From Capsulimonadales bacterium (GTDB lineage Bacteria; Armatimonadota; Armatimonadia; Armatimonadales; Armatimonadaceae), in contig JANRLW010000121.1 in NCBI GenBank assembly GCA_033762295.1, positions 1-22,237 on the forward strand: a stretch of DNA of 22,237 bases, given 5' to 3'. The position numbers were made by a program, and so were the translations under genes. Shown here piece by piece: positions 1-8,698 of the stretch; position 1 is the stretch's first letter; the number at the start of each line of letters is the position of its first letter. A model generated the notes under the pieces. It saw only the letters and a list, made by a program, of their open reading frames with translations, made no database searches and was not told the DNA's origin.

Positions 1-225
1 GACGAACGCTCCCTGCAAGAGGCGCGTCAGACGGCGTTCCATCCGCAGGGTACGCTCCCGCTCCTCGCGTCCGGTATTCCGCCGACGTTCGATCTCCAGT
101 CCTGCGGAAAAGGCCGTGGCGACCGCCGCCGATACGAAGACCATCAGCACGACGGTGATCATGAGTTCGATCAGGGTCAGGCCGGCGCGGAATCGCCGCC
201 GTGGATCGCGGGAAAAACGGTTCAT
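1..225 (-). CDS. gspJ: Type II secretion minor pseudopilin, GspJ-like (partial, 3' end outside window)
   Basis: Read manually, not in ORF track: ATG at 225 gives MNRFSRDPRRRFRAG|LTLIELMITVVLMVFVSAAVATAF, a class III signal peptide with E5. ATGA overlap with the gspI stop (222-225). Position after G-H-I. Confidence 0.75.
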   Translation of the reverse strand, partial: MNRFSRDPRRRFRAGLTLIELMITVVLMVFVSAAVATAFSAGLEIERRRNTGREERERTLRMERRLTRLLQGAFV

Positions 226-638
226 GGGCCGACCGCCCCCGTATTCGCGGTGGTGTCCGGCGGGACGAAAAGAAGCGTCGTCAGTGTCTGCTCGGCGTTC
301 TCCCGGGTCGTCGTGACGGTGACCCGGCTGATGTTCTCCGCGCCGCTCGGCTGGATATCCAGAGTCCAGGTGATCTCCGGGTACCCCCGATCCTCGAAGT
401 CGCCGTCGGTATCGGCCGCCGTCGGGTCGACGATGACGCCGATCTCATTGATCTTTTCAAGGGCCAGTCGCTGGAGCAGTTCGGCCTCCCGGGCGCGAGA
501 ATCCGTCCGGTTGATGGCGGCGATCCCGCCAAAGACGCCGACCAGTCCGATCGCGACGAGCACGACCGCGACCAGCGTCTCGATCAGGGTGAACCCGGCG
601 CTCCGCCGGGTCCGCGCGAGCGGGTTACGACGAGACAC
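222..638 (-). CDS. gspI: Type II secretion minor pseudopilin, GspI-like
   Basis: RRSAG|FTLIETLVAVVLVAIG prepilin motif; 138 aa; GTG start preceded by GAGGTGGAG; overlaps end of gspH-like gene. Confidence 0.8.
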   Translation of the reverse strand: MSRRNPLARTRRSAGFTLIETLVAVVLVAIGLVGVFGGIAAINRTDSRAREAELLQRLALEKINEIGVIVDPTAADTDGDFEDRGYPEITWTLDIQPSGAENISRVTVTTTRENAEQTLTTLLFVPPDTTANTGAVGP

Positions 639-1227
639 GCGTCTCCACCTCTCCCGCCGGCCAGCGTTCCTCGGTCTCCTCCGGCAGATCGCCCTCGATC
701 CAGCGAGGCGACCCCTCCGACGGCAGAAGGAGTGTTTTTCGATCGGGGCCGACCTGAAAGGTCAATTCGGAATCCTCCGCCGAACCGTCGGGAAAGACGA
801 CCCAGCGAAACGTCTCCGGGTCGAGACTGTCGCCGTTCTGCCGGGCCGTCTCGACTGCGATCGAATTCCCGAACGGAACGCGCTGGCGAAAGTCGGACGA
901 CGACGTATCGTTGTCCGTACGGGTACTCGTCGGACGATTATCGACGGTCCCATCGGTCGTCAGTAGTTCGGCGGTCTCGGTGTCGGTCTCGATGACCAGG
1001 GCATCGCCGTCGACCCGCAGCAGAACCGGGGTCCGGGACTCCTGCGCGCGGTTGCGGGCGATACTCGGCAGGCGCAGCAGGGCGACCTGGGTTTCGCGCA
1101 GGGCGCGGGACCGCTGCAGAGCGACCAGGTTAGGGACGATCAGGGCGGCCAGGAGCGCAACGATCGTGGTGACCACGACCATCTCGATCAGGGTGTACCC
1201 GCGAACGCCGGAACGCGGTCGTTTCAT
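625..1227 (-). CDS. gspH: Type II secretion minor pseudopilin, GspH/FimT-like
   Basis: VRG|YTLIEMVVVTTIVALLAALIVP prepilin motif; C-terminal VVFPDGS motif typical of GspH/FimT; directly follows gspG. Confidence 0.8.
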   Translation of the reverse strand: MKRPRSGVRGYTLIEMVVVTTIVALLAALIVPNLVALQRSRALRETQVALLRLPSIARNRAQESRTPVLLRVDGDALVIETDTETAELLTTDGTVDNRPTSTRTDNDTSSSDFRQRVPFGNSIAVETARQNGDSLDPETFRWVVFPDGSAEDSELTFQVGPDRKTLLLPSEGSPRWIEGDLPEETEERWPAGEVETRVSS

Positions 1228-1247
1228 CGAAGACGTCCTTCTCTCCG

Positions 1248-1691
1248 CTACTCGCTCGTGATGTCCGCCGCCTCGCCCTCGCCGCCGGGGGCGCCATCGG
1301 AACCGTAGGACTCGATGACGAAATCGCTGCCCTCGGGGCCGGGCGACTCATAGTAGTATTCGTTGCCCCACGGGTCGGTCGGCAGTTCCTTGCTGATGTA
1401 CGGGCCTTTCCAGTTGGTCGCATCGGAGGGCTGGACCCGCAGGGCGCTCAAACCCTGCTCGGTCGTCGGGAACTTATCGTTGTCGATGCGGTACTGCTGA
1501 AGCAGGCTGGACAGGGTGGCGATATCGCTGGCGGCTTTCGCACGTTTGGCATCGCCGGTACGTCCGACGACGCGGGGGACGATCAATGCGGCCAGGATCG
1601 CCAGGATCAGGATGACGACCAGCAGTTCGATGAGGGTAAACGCCCGGAGCGGTCGCCGGGACGATCGGTAGCGGAAGTAAGGACGTTGCAT
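1248..1691 (-). CDS. gspG: Type II secretion major pseudopilin GspG
   Basis: RA|FTLIELLVVILILAILAALIVP; GspG hallmarks PTTEQGL, WKGPY, DPWG, SYGSDG..GGEG..ADI. Confidence 0.95.
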   Translation of the reverse strand: MQRPYFRYRSSRRPLRAFTLIELLVVILILAILAALIVPRVVGRTGDAKRAKAASDIATLSSLLQQYRIDNDKFPTTEQGLSALRVQPSDATNWKGPYISKELPTDPWGNEYYYESPGPEGSDFVIESYGSDGAPGGEGEAADITSE

Positions 1692-1693
1692 AG

Positions 1694-2908
1694 TTATTTC
1701 ACCAGATTCTGCGCTTCAAAGATGGGCAGTAGGACCGACAGCACGACAAAGCCGACGAAGGCGCCCATGGACAGGACGATCATAGGTTCGACGAGCGACA
1801 CCAGTCGGCGCATACCGGTATCCACCTCGAAATCCAGGCTTTCCGAGACGCGTTCCAGCATCCGGGGCAGGTCGCCGGTCTCCTCGCCGATCGCGACCAT
1901 ATGGGTAAGGACGGGGGGAAACGCGCCGGCATCGCGCATTGCGGAGGCGATCGCCCGACCGGCGCGGACATCCTGCTCGACCGTTTTCGCGCTTTCCAGG
2001 AAGACCCGGTTTCCGGCCGCCAGTCCGGCAATGCGCAGGGCCTCCAGAATCGGGACGCCCCCGTAAACCAGTGTACCGAGAACCCGCGCAAAGCGCGAGA
2101 TGGTCGCCTTACGCACGACCGGCCCCAGTACCGGCGCCTGCAGAATGAAGCGGTCGCGCGTGTACGCGCCGGCCGGCGTCGCCTGCCAGAGCCGGATCGC
2201 CACCACGGACCCGACCGCGCCAAGGATCAGCGCCACCCAGTTCTTCGCCGCGAAGTCCGCGCTGTCCAGGAGAATTCGAGTCGTGATGGGCAGGTCGCTG
2301 CCCAGGTCCTTGAAAACGCCCGAAAGCCGGGGAACGACGAACGCCATGAGGAAGACGACGACGGCGAACGCGGTAAAGATCAGGATCGAAGGGTAGACCA
2401 GGGCGCTGACGATCTGACTGCGCCGTGCCACCTCTTTTTCCTGGAATTCGGCCAGCCGGCCGGCGACCTCGGGAAACTGTCCGCTCGCCTCGCCCGCCCG
2501 CAGCGTCTGCGTGTAGACATCGCTGAAATACCGGGGATGACGGGAAAGCGCCTGACTGACCGGCATCCCCGCGCGGACATCGTCGAGGGCTTCCAGAGCG
2601 ATCGCCTGCAGCATCTTGCTTTCCGACTGTTCGCCGACCACTTCGAGGACCCGGTCGAGCGGTAGACCCGCGCCCGACAGGTCGGCGAGCCGACGCGAGA
2701 ACAGCGCGAGGTCCTGCGCCGACGGCGGGCGGTTTCGCAGGGTCGAGGCATTGATCGGCGCGGCGGCGCCTTCCCGGATTTCCAGGACGTAACGGCCTTC
2801 GGCGGCCAGGTGCGCGATGGCCGCTTCCCGCGTTTCGGCTTCGACCACCCCGGAGCGTTTCGTGCCGGACGCATCGATCGCCGAGTAACTGAAGGTTTTT
2901 TGCGCCAT
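1694..2908 (-). CDS. gspF: Type II secretion inner-membrane platform protein GspF
   Basis: 404 aa; FSYSAID..G..GVVEA N-terminus; two T2SSF domains (AGEASG / IGEETG); ALVYP and LVEP TM segments; between gspE and gspG. Confidence 0.93.
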   Translation of the reverse strand: MAQKTFSYSAIDASGTKRSGVVEAETREAAIAHLAAEGRYVLEIREGAAAPINASTLRNRPPSAQDLALFSRRLADLSGAGLPLDRVLEVVGEQSESKMLQAIALEALDDVRAGMPVSQALSRHPRYFSDVYTQTLRAGEASGQFPEVAGRLAEFQEKEVARRSQIVSALVYPSILIFTAFAVVVFLMAFVVPRLSGVFKDLGSDLPITTRILLDSADFAAKNWVALILGAVGSVVAIRLWQATPAGAYTRDRFILQAPVLGPVVRKATISRFARVLGTLVYGGVPILEALRIAGLAAGNRVFLESAKTVEQDVRAGRAIASAMRDAGAFPPVLTHMVAIGEETGDLPRMLERVSESLDFEVDTGMRRLVSLVEPMIVLSMGAFVGFVVLSVLLPIFEAQNLVK

Positions 2909-4503
2909 CAGAAGGCCTCCCGCTGACAGACACGCAACACCTCTTCCGGCGTGGTGCGTCCCTCCAGAACGGCGATCCGTCCGTCGCCGAGGAGGGTTCG
3001 CATGTTCTGTGTTTTGAGAGCGTGGTCCTTCATCACGGAGGAGCTGACACGGTCGACGGTCATCCGGCGAATCGGTTCATCGACCAGAAACAGTTCGTAG
3101 AGAGCCTGCCGTCCCTTGTACCCGGCCTGCTGGCACTTGTCGCAACCGCGTCCGCGCCGGAATTGGCCGCCGTAGGTGCGAATCTCCTCATCGGTGATGC
3201 CCAGGGCGTGGAGCGACTCCGGGGAGGGGGTGTCCGGTTCGGCGCAGAAGGCGCAGACCCGGCGGACCAGTCGCTGGGCGACCGCGCCGATCAGGGAAGA
3301 GGCGACCAGGTACGGCTCGACCCCCATGTCCAGCAGACGGGTGACCGCGCCGGGCGCGTCGTTGGTGTGCAGGGTGGAGAAGACCAGGTGCCCGGTCAGC
3401 GCCGCGTGAATGGCGATTTCGGCGGTTTCGTGGTCGCGAATCTCCCCGACCATGATGACATCCGGGTCCTGACGGACGATACTGCGCAGACCGTTGGCGA
3501 AACTCAGTCCGATGTTGGCGCGAACCTGGATCTGGCTGATGCCCTTGACCTGGTATTCGACCGGGTCCTCGATGGTCAGGATGTTGGTGGTGGGCGACCA
3601 GATCTCCTGCAGGGAGGCGTACAGGGTGGTGGATTTTCCTGAACCGGTCGGTCCGGTGACCAGGATGACCCCGTAGGGAAACTTGATCAACTGCCGGTAG
3701 CGGGAAAGCATATCGGGGCGCATACCGAGTTCGGGCAGACCGAGCATGGCCGTGCCCTTGTCGAGGATACGCATAACCGCGCGTTCGCCGAAGACGGTGG
3801 GGACGATGCTGAGACGGACATCGATGGCGCGACCGGCGATCACGATCTTGATGCGTCCGTCCTGCGGCAGGCGACGCTCAGCAATGTTGAGTTCGCCCAG
3901 AATCTTCAAACGGGAAACCAGTGCGGCATGCATTCGCTTGGGCGGGGACATGACGTCGCGCAGCATGCCGTCGACCCGGTACCGGACCTTGACCTCACGT
4001 TCGTAAGGTTCGATATGAATATCGCTCGCTCCGTCCCGGACCGCCTGGGCGAAGATCAGGTTGACCATCTGCACGACGGCGGTCTCGCCCGCCATCTTCT
4101 GCAGGTCGGCCAGGTCGGTCGTCTCGTCCGCCTCGTAGGCGCCGCCGTCGCCGCTTTCGGCTTCGCCCGGAAGACCGGCCAGAATCTTTTCGAGGAAGAT
4201 CTCCTCGATCTTCTCGCGCACCAGGTTGGCGTCGGCAAGGACGGCGCGGGTCGGCATCCGGAGCAGAACGCTTAATTCGTCGACGGCGGCCAGGGTCTGC
4301 GGCGCGCCGATGGCGGTCACCAGCGTCCCGGCTTCGAGGCGCAGAGGCAGGACCCGGTTACGAAGCGCGAAGTCGCCGGGAACGAGGCGGATGGCCTCGA
4401 CGGTGGGCTTGATCTCCTCCGGATCGATGAGGTCAAAGTCGCTGCCGGAATTCGCGCCGTCCGTGGATGATGACAGAGATGGTGACAGAGGAACGGCGAA
4501 CAT
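2908..4503 (-). CDS. gspE: Type II secretion ATPase GspE (GspE/PulE/PilB family)
   Basis: GASDIHIEP, IAERRLPQDG, Walker A GPTGSGKST, TIEDPVEY, RQDPDVIMVGEIRD, TGHLVFSTLHTN, Zn motif CAFC...CDKC. Start uncertain (ATG 4503 or GTG 4539). Confidence 0.95.
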   Translation of the reverse strand: MFAVPLSPSLSSSTDGANSGSDFDLIDPEEIKPTVEAIRLVPGDFALRNRVLPLRLEAGTLVTAIGAPQTLAAVDELSVLLRMPTRAVLADANLVREKIEEIFLEKILAGLPGEAESGDGGAYEADETTDLADLQKMAGETAVVQMVNLIFAQAVRDGASDIHIEPYEREVKVRYRVDGMLRDVMSPPKRMHAALVSRLKILGELNIAERRLPQDGRIKIVIAGRAIDVRLSIVPTVFGERAVMRILDKGTAMLGLPELGMRPDMLSRYRQLIKFPYGVILVTGPTGSGKSTTLYASLQEIWSPTTNILTIEDPVEYQVKGISQIQVRANIGLSFANGLRSIVRQDPDVIMVGEIRDHETAEIAIHAALTGHLVFSTLHTNDAPGAVTRLLDMGVEPYLVASSLIGAVAQRLVRRVCAFCAEPDTPSPESLHALGITDEEIRTYGGQFRRGRGCDKCQQAGYKGRQALYELFLVDEPIRRMTVDRVSSSVMKDHALKTQNMRTLLGDGRIAVLEGRTTPEEVLRVCQREAF

Positions 4504-4645
4504 ACGGCCTACGGACGTAAGCCGGGAGCGAAAGTTCACAGAAATTCATTGACGACAAAAACGATTCTCCGACTGCTCTCCGAACTGCCGTGAAATGGCG
4601 TCCGCGGACGGTGACGTAAACGGTGACATGGAAGGGCCTTCTTGC

Positions 4646-4675
4646 TTGACCGTTTCCGTTTCCCTTTGCTATACT
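4646..4675 (+). promoter_or_regulatory. Sigma70-type promoter for the beta-barrel/isomerase genes
   Basis: TTGACC (4646-4651), 18-bp spacer, TGc-TATACT extended -10 (4670-4675), ~57 nt before ATG 4732. Confidence 0.7.
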
Positions 4676-4731
4676 CCAACGAACGGGAGTGGGAAGAGAA
4701 CACGCAACCATTCCTTGGGCTGGAGGTGAGG

Positions 4732-5367
4732 ATGCGGCGGTTGCATCTTTGGGGGACGATGGCGCTTTGCGCCACGGCGATGACGCTGTTTTCGGGAAAA
4801 GCCGTACAGGCACAGACCGATCCGGGCGCGGGACCGCTTCGACTGAAGGTCGGCGGATATCTGCCGACCGAAGGAGGAGCGCGGGAAGTTATCGGGACGA
4901 ACTTCCTGTCGCTGGGACTCGGCTGGGATATCGGAACGGTTGACGGCAGAAGGCCGGCGCGGCTCGAAGTGTACGCCGACTATTTTGACCGGATCAAGCA
5001 CCACCAGGCCGCCGATATCGGGCGATTTCAGGTGTCGGCCTACGGACTCGGGGTCGCCGTGCGGTTCGACGCGGACCCGAACGGGACGCTGAAGACCTGG
5101 CGACCGTACTACGGTATCGGCACCGGAGTCTATCGAATGTATGCCCGGCAAACGGCGGTGATTTCCGTACTCGATCCCAGACCGGTGACCGAGCGAGACG
5201 AACAGTTTGGAGTCGGCGTCAAGTTCCTGATCGGCGCACAGCTCACCGGCGGGGTATTCGGCGAACTGGAGTATAACATTCTGCCGAGACCGGAGATCTT
5301 CAACGACGATATCAATGTCGACGGGATCCAACTGCGAATCGGTTACCGCTTCGGCGGACGACGGTAA
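4732..5367 (+). CDS. Outer-membrane beta-barrel protein (small OmpW/OmpA-TM-like)
   Basis: SD GGAGGTG before ATG 4732; signal peptide ending AVQA; amphipathic strands, RPYYGIGTG strand and terminal LRIGYRF strand (followed by GGRR). Confidence 0.75.
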   Translation: MRRLHLWGTMALCATAMTLFSGKAVQAQTDPGAGPLRLKVGGYLPTEGGAREVIGTNFLSLGLGWDIGTVDGRRPARLEVYADYFDRIKHHQAADIGRFQVSAYGLGVAVRFDADPNGTLKTWRPYYGIGTGVYRMYARQTAVISVLDPRPVTERDEQFGVGVKFLIGAQLTGGVFGELEYNILPRPEIFNDDINVDGIQLRIGYRFGGRR

Positions 5368-5393
5368 CGGCGAAGCGAACGGAAGGGGTAACC

Positions 5394-6167
5394 ATGCGAT
5401 TGGGGTTTTTGACCGACGGAACCGTCGAGGACGTAACGTTCGCTCGAAGCGAGGGCTTTGACTGTCTGGAACTGGCGTTGTTCGGCGATACGGGCCTGTT
5501 CGAGGACCATGCCGCCTTCAAAGGGGCCCTGTCGGATAACGGCGTGCCGCTGGCGGCGGTGAGCCTGTTCGGACAGGACTATTTCGATCCGGCGACGGGC
5601 GCGGAAAGAACGACGCGTCTGCGGCGTGTGCTCGATCTGGCCGTCGCCCTCGGAGCGCCGAATCTCGTGTTCGGAACCGGCAGCGGCGCGCCCGGCGCGA
5701 CCGAACCCGAACGGGTCGGAGCGGCCGTGGAGCGGTTCCGCCCGATCATCGCCGAAGCGCAGGCGCGCGGACTCGTCGTGTCGTTCTACAACTGCCACTG
5801 GGAGAACGTGATCGATCGTCCTTCCGCCTGGGAGATCGCCCTGCCGCAGCTGGCGGGCGTCGGAATCAAGTTCGATCCGTCCCATCCGATTCAGGGCGGA
5901 CGCGACTGGAAGGCCGAACTGCTGGCGGCGGGACCGCATCTGAAACATGCCCATGCCAAGGATGTTCTGCAGGTGGGCGGCCGGTTTGTCGCCGATCCCA
6001 ACCCGGGACTCGGCGATATCGACTGGGGCGCGTTCTTCGGCATCCTGTATCATGTCGGCTACGAAGGCGCGGTCTGCATCGAACCGCACAGCGCGCTTTA
6101 CACCGGGCCGAAACGACACGATTTCCTCCGCCTGTCCGGACGGTATCTGCGGCAGTTCCTGGTGTAG
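5394..6167 (+). CDS. Sugar phosphate isomerase/epimerase (xylose isomerase-like TIM barrel, AP endonuclease 2 family)
   Basis: GFDCLEL, FDPSH, HAHAKD, PGLGDIDW, GYEGAVCIEPH metal-binding motifs; SD AAGGGG. Confidence 0.88.
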   Translation: MRLGFLTDGTVEDVTFARSEGFDCLELALFGDTGLFEDHAAFKGALSDNGVPLAAVSLFGQDYFDPATGAERTTRLRRVLDLAVALGAPNLVFGTGSGAPGATEPERVGAAVERFRPIIAEAQARGLVVSFYNCHWENVIDRPSAWEIALPQLAGVGIKFDPSHPIQGGRDWKAELLAAGPHLKHAHAKDVLQVGGRFVADPNPGLGDIDWGAFFGILYHVGYEGAVCIEPHSALYTGPKRHDFLRLSGRYLRQFLV

Positions 6168-6205
6168 GTGCGTCGTTCGGACGGGCGCCTTCGGCTTCGC
6201 CGAAG

Positions 6206-6234
6206 TTGACAGGTAGGAAAATTTCGGCTACACT
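6206..6234 (+). promoter_or_regulatory. Strong sigma70-type promoter
   Basis: Consensus TTGACA (6206-6211), 17-bp spacer, TACACT (6229-6234). Immediately preceded by hairpin CTTCGGC-ttc-GCCGAAG (6189-6205). Confidence 0.8.
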
Positions 6235-6240
6235 CTGGGC

Positions 6241-6535
6241 GAATAAACCGATCGTCCCCGTGGCCCGGCAACGGGCCATCGCCCGACCCTGCCTGTTTTG
6301 TCACCGGCTCGAAAGGCGGGCGGTCGTCACACGAAATCGGACCCGACCATGATTGGGGAACGGGTGCGGCACGTTTCCTGCCGTAGACCTCCCCCGTGGA
6401 GCAAAAGTCCGTCCTGTCCTCAACGAAACGGTCGCGATGTCTTTCCCGGGAGGGGGACCGCCGTCGCGGAGCGCCGGTCCGGCGCGTTTTCGCGGAGGAT
6501 AATCCGGTATTGAGACGGTCGGGAGTAAACCTTCG
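6241..6535 (+). promoter_or_regulatory. Long structured 5' leader or candidate ncRNA (family not recognised)
   Basis: Hairpins TGGCCCG-GCAA-CGGGCCA (6261-6278), TGCGGCA..TGCCGTA (6365-6385) and GCGCCG-gtc-CGGCGC-gTTTT (6471-6490); no credible ORF. Confidence 0.45.
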
Positions 6536-7198
6536 ATGAACGCTGTTCCGTCGTCCGCTGTGCCGTCCTTCCTCGAACTGTGCAAAAGCGACGTTCGTCG
6601 CTGGATCGAACTATGGTCCCCGCCGGTCCCGACCCGTCGCGCCAAACGCTGGCAGGCCGGACTGAAACTGATCTTCAACTATTGCGGTTTACGGGCGACC
6701 CTGCTGTACCGGTTGAGCCATGCCCTGCACCGGGCGCGGATCCCGGTTCTGCCGGGAATTGTCGGACGCTGGAACCTGATGCTCTTCGGTCTGGATATTC
6801 CCGCCTCCGTTCCCTTCGGCCCCGGCATCTATATCCCTCATCCGGTCGGTACCGTGGTTATGGCGAAGAGCGTCGGCGCGAACGTGACCTTGATTTCCGG
6901 TATCACCATCGGGATGCGAAACGAACTGGCCTTTCCGGTGCTGGGAGACCGTGTCTTCGTCGGCGCGGGTGCGCGGATTCTGGGAAAGGTCGTGATCGGT
7001 TCCGATGTGAACATCGGTGCGAACGCCGTGGTGATCAAGGATGTTCCGGACGGTGAGACCGCGGTGGGCGTTCCGGCAACGATCCGCGCCCGTCGTCCCG
7101 CGCCGACTCCGGACAGTACGGATACGGCCTCGATCGTTCATACCAACGGCGCACATCCCGAACCGGTCGCCGAGCATTCCGCCGGGGCGGTGGTCTAG
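6536..7198 (+). CDS. Serine O-acetyltransferase-like hexapeptide acyltransferase (polysaccharide-associated WcaB/EpsC-type)
   Basis: YRLSHALH, GLDI, GPGIYIPHPVG, PVLGDRVFVGAGARILG, IGANAVVIKDVP..TAVGVPA; SD GGGAG. Confidence 0.85.
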   Translation: MNAVPSSAVPSFLELCKSDVRRWIELWSPPVPTRRAKRWQAGLKLIFNYCGLRATLLYRLSHALHRARIPVLPGIVGRWNLMLFGLDIPASVPFGPGIYIPHPVGTVVMAKSVGANVTLISGITIGMRNELAFPVLGDRVFVGAGARILGKVVIGSDVNIGANAVVIKDVPDGETAVGVPATIRARRPAPTPDSTDTASIVHTNGAHPEPVAEHSAGAVV

Positions 7199-7204
7199 AA
7201 ACCT

Positions 7205-7822
7205 ATGTCCTCCCAGAGAGCCTCTATCGGCGACGCCGTGCGGAAACGTCTGCAGCGGCCGCAGGACCTGCAAAGCCTCGCTAAGCTCGGTATGCGCCTC
7301 CTGTCCTCTCGCTGGAAGCTGCGCGGCTGCTCGCGGATCGGACTGGGGACCTGCGTCTGGGGCGACGTCCGCATCGCCAATTCCGGGCGCATCGATCTGG
7401 GGGAGCGGGTACGACTGCGCGGGACCCATGTCCCGATCGAACTGGCCGCGGTCGACGGCGGCGCTCTGCTGATCGAGGATGGCGTCTACATCAACAGCGG
7501 CACCTCGATTGCCGCGGCGAACGAGGTGCGCATCGGCCGGAACGTCGCGATCGGGAACTATGTGCTGATTATGGACAGCGACTTTCATAACGTCGACGAT
7601 CATCGGCAGGCGGGAAAATCGGCCCCGATCGTGATCGAAGAGGATGTCTGGATCGCCGCCCGCGTCACCGTTCTGAAGGGTGTTCGTATCGGTCGGGGCG
7701 CGGTTGTGGCCGCCGGGGCGGTCGTGACCAAGGATGTTCCGGCCTATACTCTGGTGGCGGGCGTCCCGGCAAAACCGCTGAGGAAGGTCGGCACGGGGCC
7801 CGATGAAGCGAAACCCGTCTGA
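7205..7822 (+). CDS. Hexapeptide-repeat O-acyltransferase (LacA/Maa/WcaF-like)
   Basis: [54 protein letters not shown]. Confidence 0.9.
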   Translation: MSSQRASIGDAVRKRLQRPQDLQSLAKLGMRLLSSRWKLRGCSRIGLGTCVWGDVRIANSGRIDLGERVRLRGTHVPIELAAVDGGALLIEDGVYINSGTSIAAANEVRIGRNVAIGNYVLIMDSDFHNVDDHRQAGKSAPIVIEEDVWIAARVTVLKGVRIGRGAVVAAGAVVTKDVPAYTLVAGVPAKPLRKVGTGPDEAKPV

Positions 7823-7854
7823 TCGTCCCGGAGGGACCGAACGGCACGGCGCGA

Positions 7855-8643
7855 TCAGGCGCTGCGGGTGAGCGAGGCGCGGGCGGTCGACAGATGCCGA
7901 CCCTCGCGGGTGAACATCGGGTCACGACGCCATCCTCGACGGTGCAGGCAGTAGGCGAGAGCGGTGCCCAGAACGCCGAAACCGTAGACGACCGACCGGG
8001 CGAAGTTGATGGAGGACGCTTCGGGGAAATATGAGGTCGGGCAGGAGATTTCTCCGATCTCGAAGCCGAAGGCTACCGCCTGCACCAGCACCTGATTGTC
8101 GAAAACGAAATCGTCGCTGTTCTCCTCCAGCGGAAGCGTTTCCAGGACCGTACGGGAAAAGGCGCGGTACCCGGTATGGTACTCGGAGAGGTTCAAGCCC
8201 AGCATCCGGTTCTCCGCCAGGGTCAGAAAGCGATTGGCGAGGTATTTGTACGGAGGCATTCCGCCTTTCAGTGCGCCGTTTCCCAGAATCCGCGAGCCGA
8301 GGACGATATCGAATCGTTCGGAGGCCACCATCCAGGCCATCGCGCCGACCAGACGGGGTTCGTACTGGTAGTCCGGATGGAGCATGATGACGATGTCCGC
8401 GCCCCGTCGCAACGCCTCCGTATAGCAGGTCTTCTGGTTGCCGCCGTACCCCCGATTACGGTCGTGGCGCAGGGTCGGTATTCCCATCTCCTCCGCGACC
8501 GCGACCGTGCCGTCGGGGGAGCAGTCGTCCACCAGCAGAAACTCGTCGACAATGCCGGGTGGTACGGCCGCCAGGGTCTGACGCAGTGTCTTTTCCGCTT
8601 TGTACGCCGGGAGGACGACAATCACTCGTTTTCCGTTGACCAT
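7855..8643 (-). CDS. Glycosyltransferase family 2 (DPM1/polyprenol-phosphate glycosyltransferase-like)
   Basis: [57 protein letters not shown]. Likely start ATG 8643 (MVNGKRV); the longer ORF overlaps the upstream gene. Confidence 0.92.
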   Translation of the reverse strand: MVNGKRVIVVLPAYKAEKTLRQTLAAVPPGIVDEFLLVDDCSPDGTVAVAEEMGIPTLRHDRNRGYGGNQKTCYTEALRRGADIVIMLHPDYQYEPRLVGAMAWMVASERFDIVLGSRILGNGALKGGMPPYKYLANRFLTLAENRMLGLNLSEYHTGYRAFSRTVLETLPLEENSDDFVFDNQVLVQAVAFGFEIGEISCPTSYFPEASSINFARSVVYGFGVLGTALAYCLHRRGWRRDPMFTREGRHLSTARASLTRSA

Positions 8644-8698
8644 TGTCTTGATTCCATTGACATCATCGGCGGATGCCGATCGTTTCAGCAGAAGGATG

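Noticed and set aside
4466..4490. 12-bp tandem duplication GATG[A/G]TGACAGA
   Set aside because: Only two copies, encoding a low-complexity Ser/Pro stretch at the GspE N-terminus.
4549..4556. TTGACGAC upstream of gspE matching the 21485 repeat unit
   Set aside because: Single copy without clean 10-bp phasing; one 8-mer match in 22 kb is compatible with chance.
6255..6395. SAM-I-like (TGGCCC, CGGCAAC) and cobalamin-like (GGGAA..GGTG, AGACCT) fragments in the leader
   Set aside because: Only short fragments match; spacing and the remaining conserved cores are absent and the downstream genes do not fit these ligands.
6536..7198. Calling the gene cysE
   Set aside because: It lacks the RHP second-histidine motif of true CysE (has AFP) and sits among glycan genes, so no symbol was assigned.
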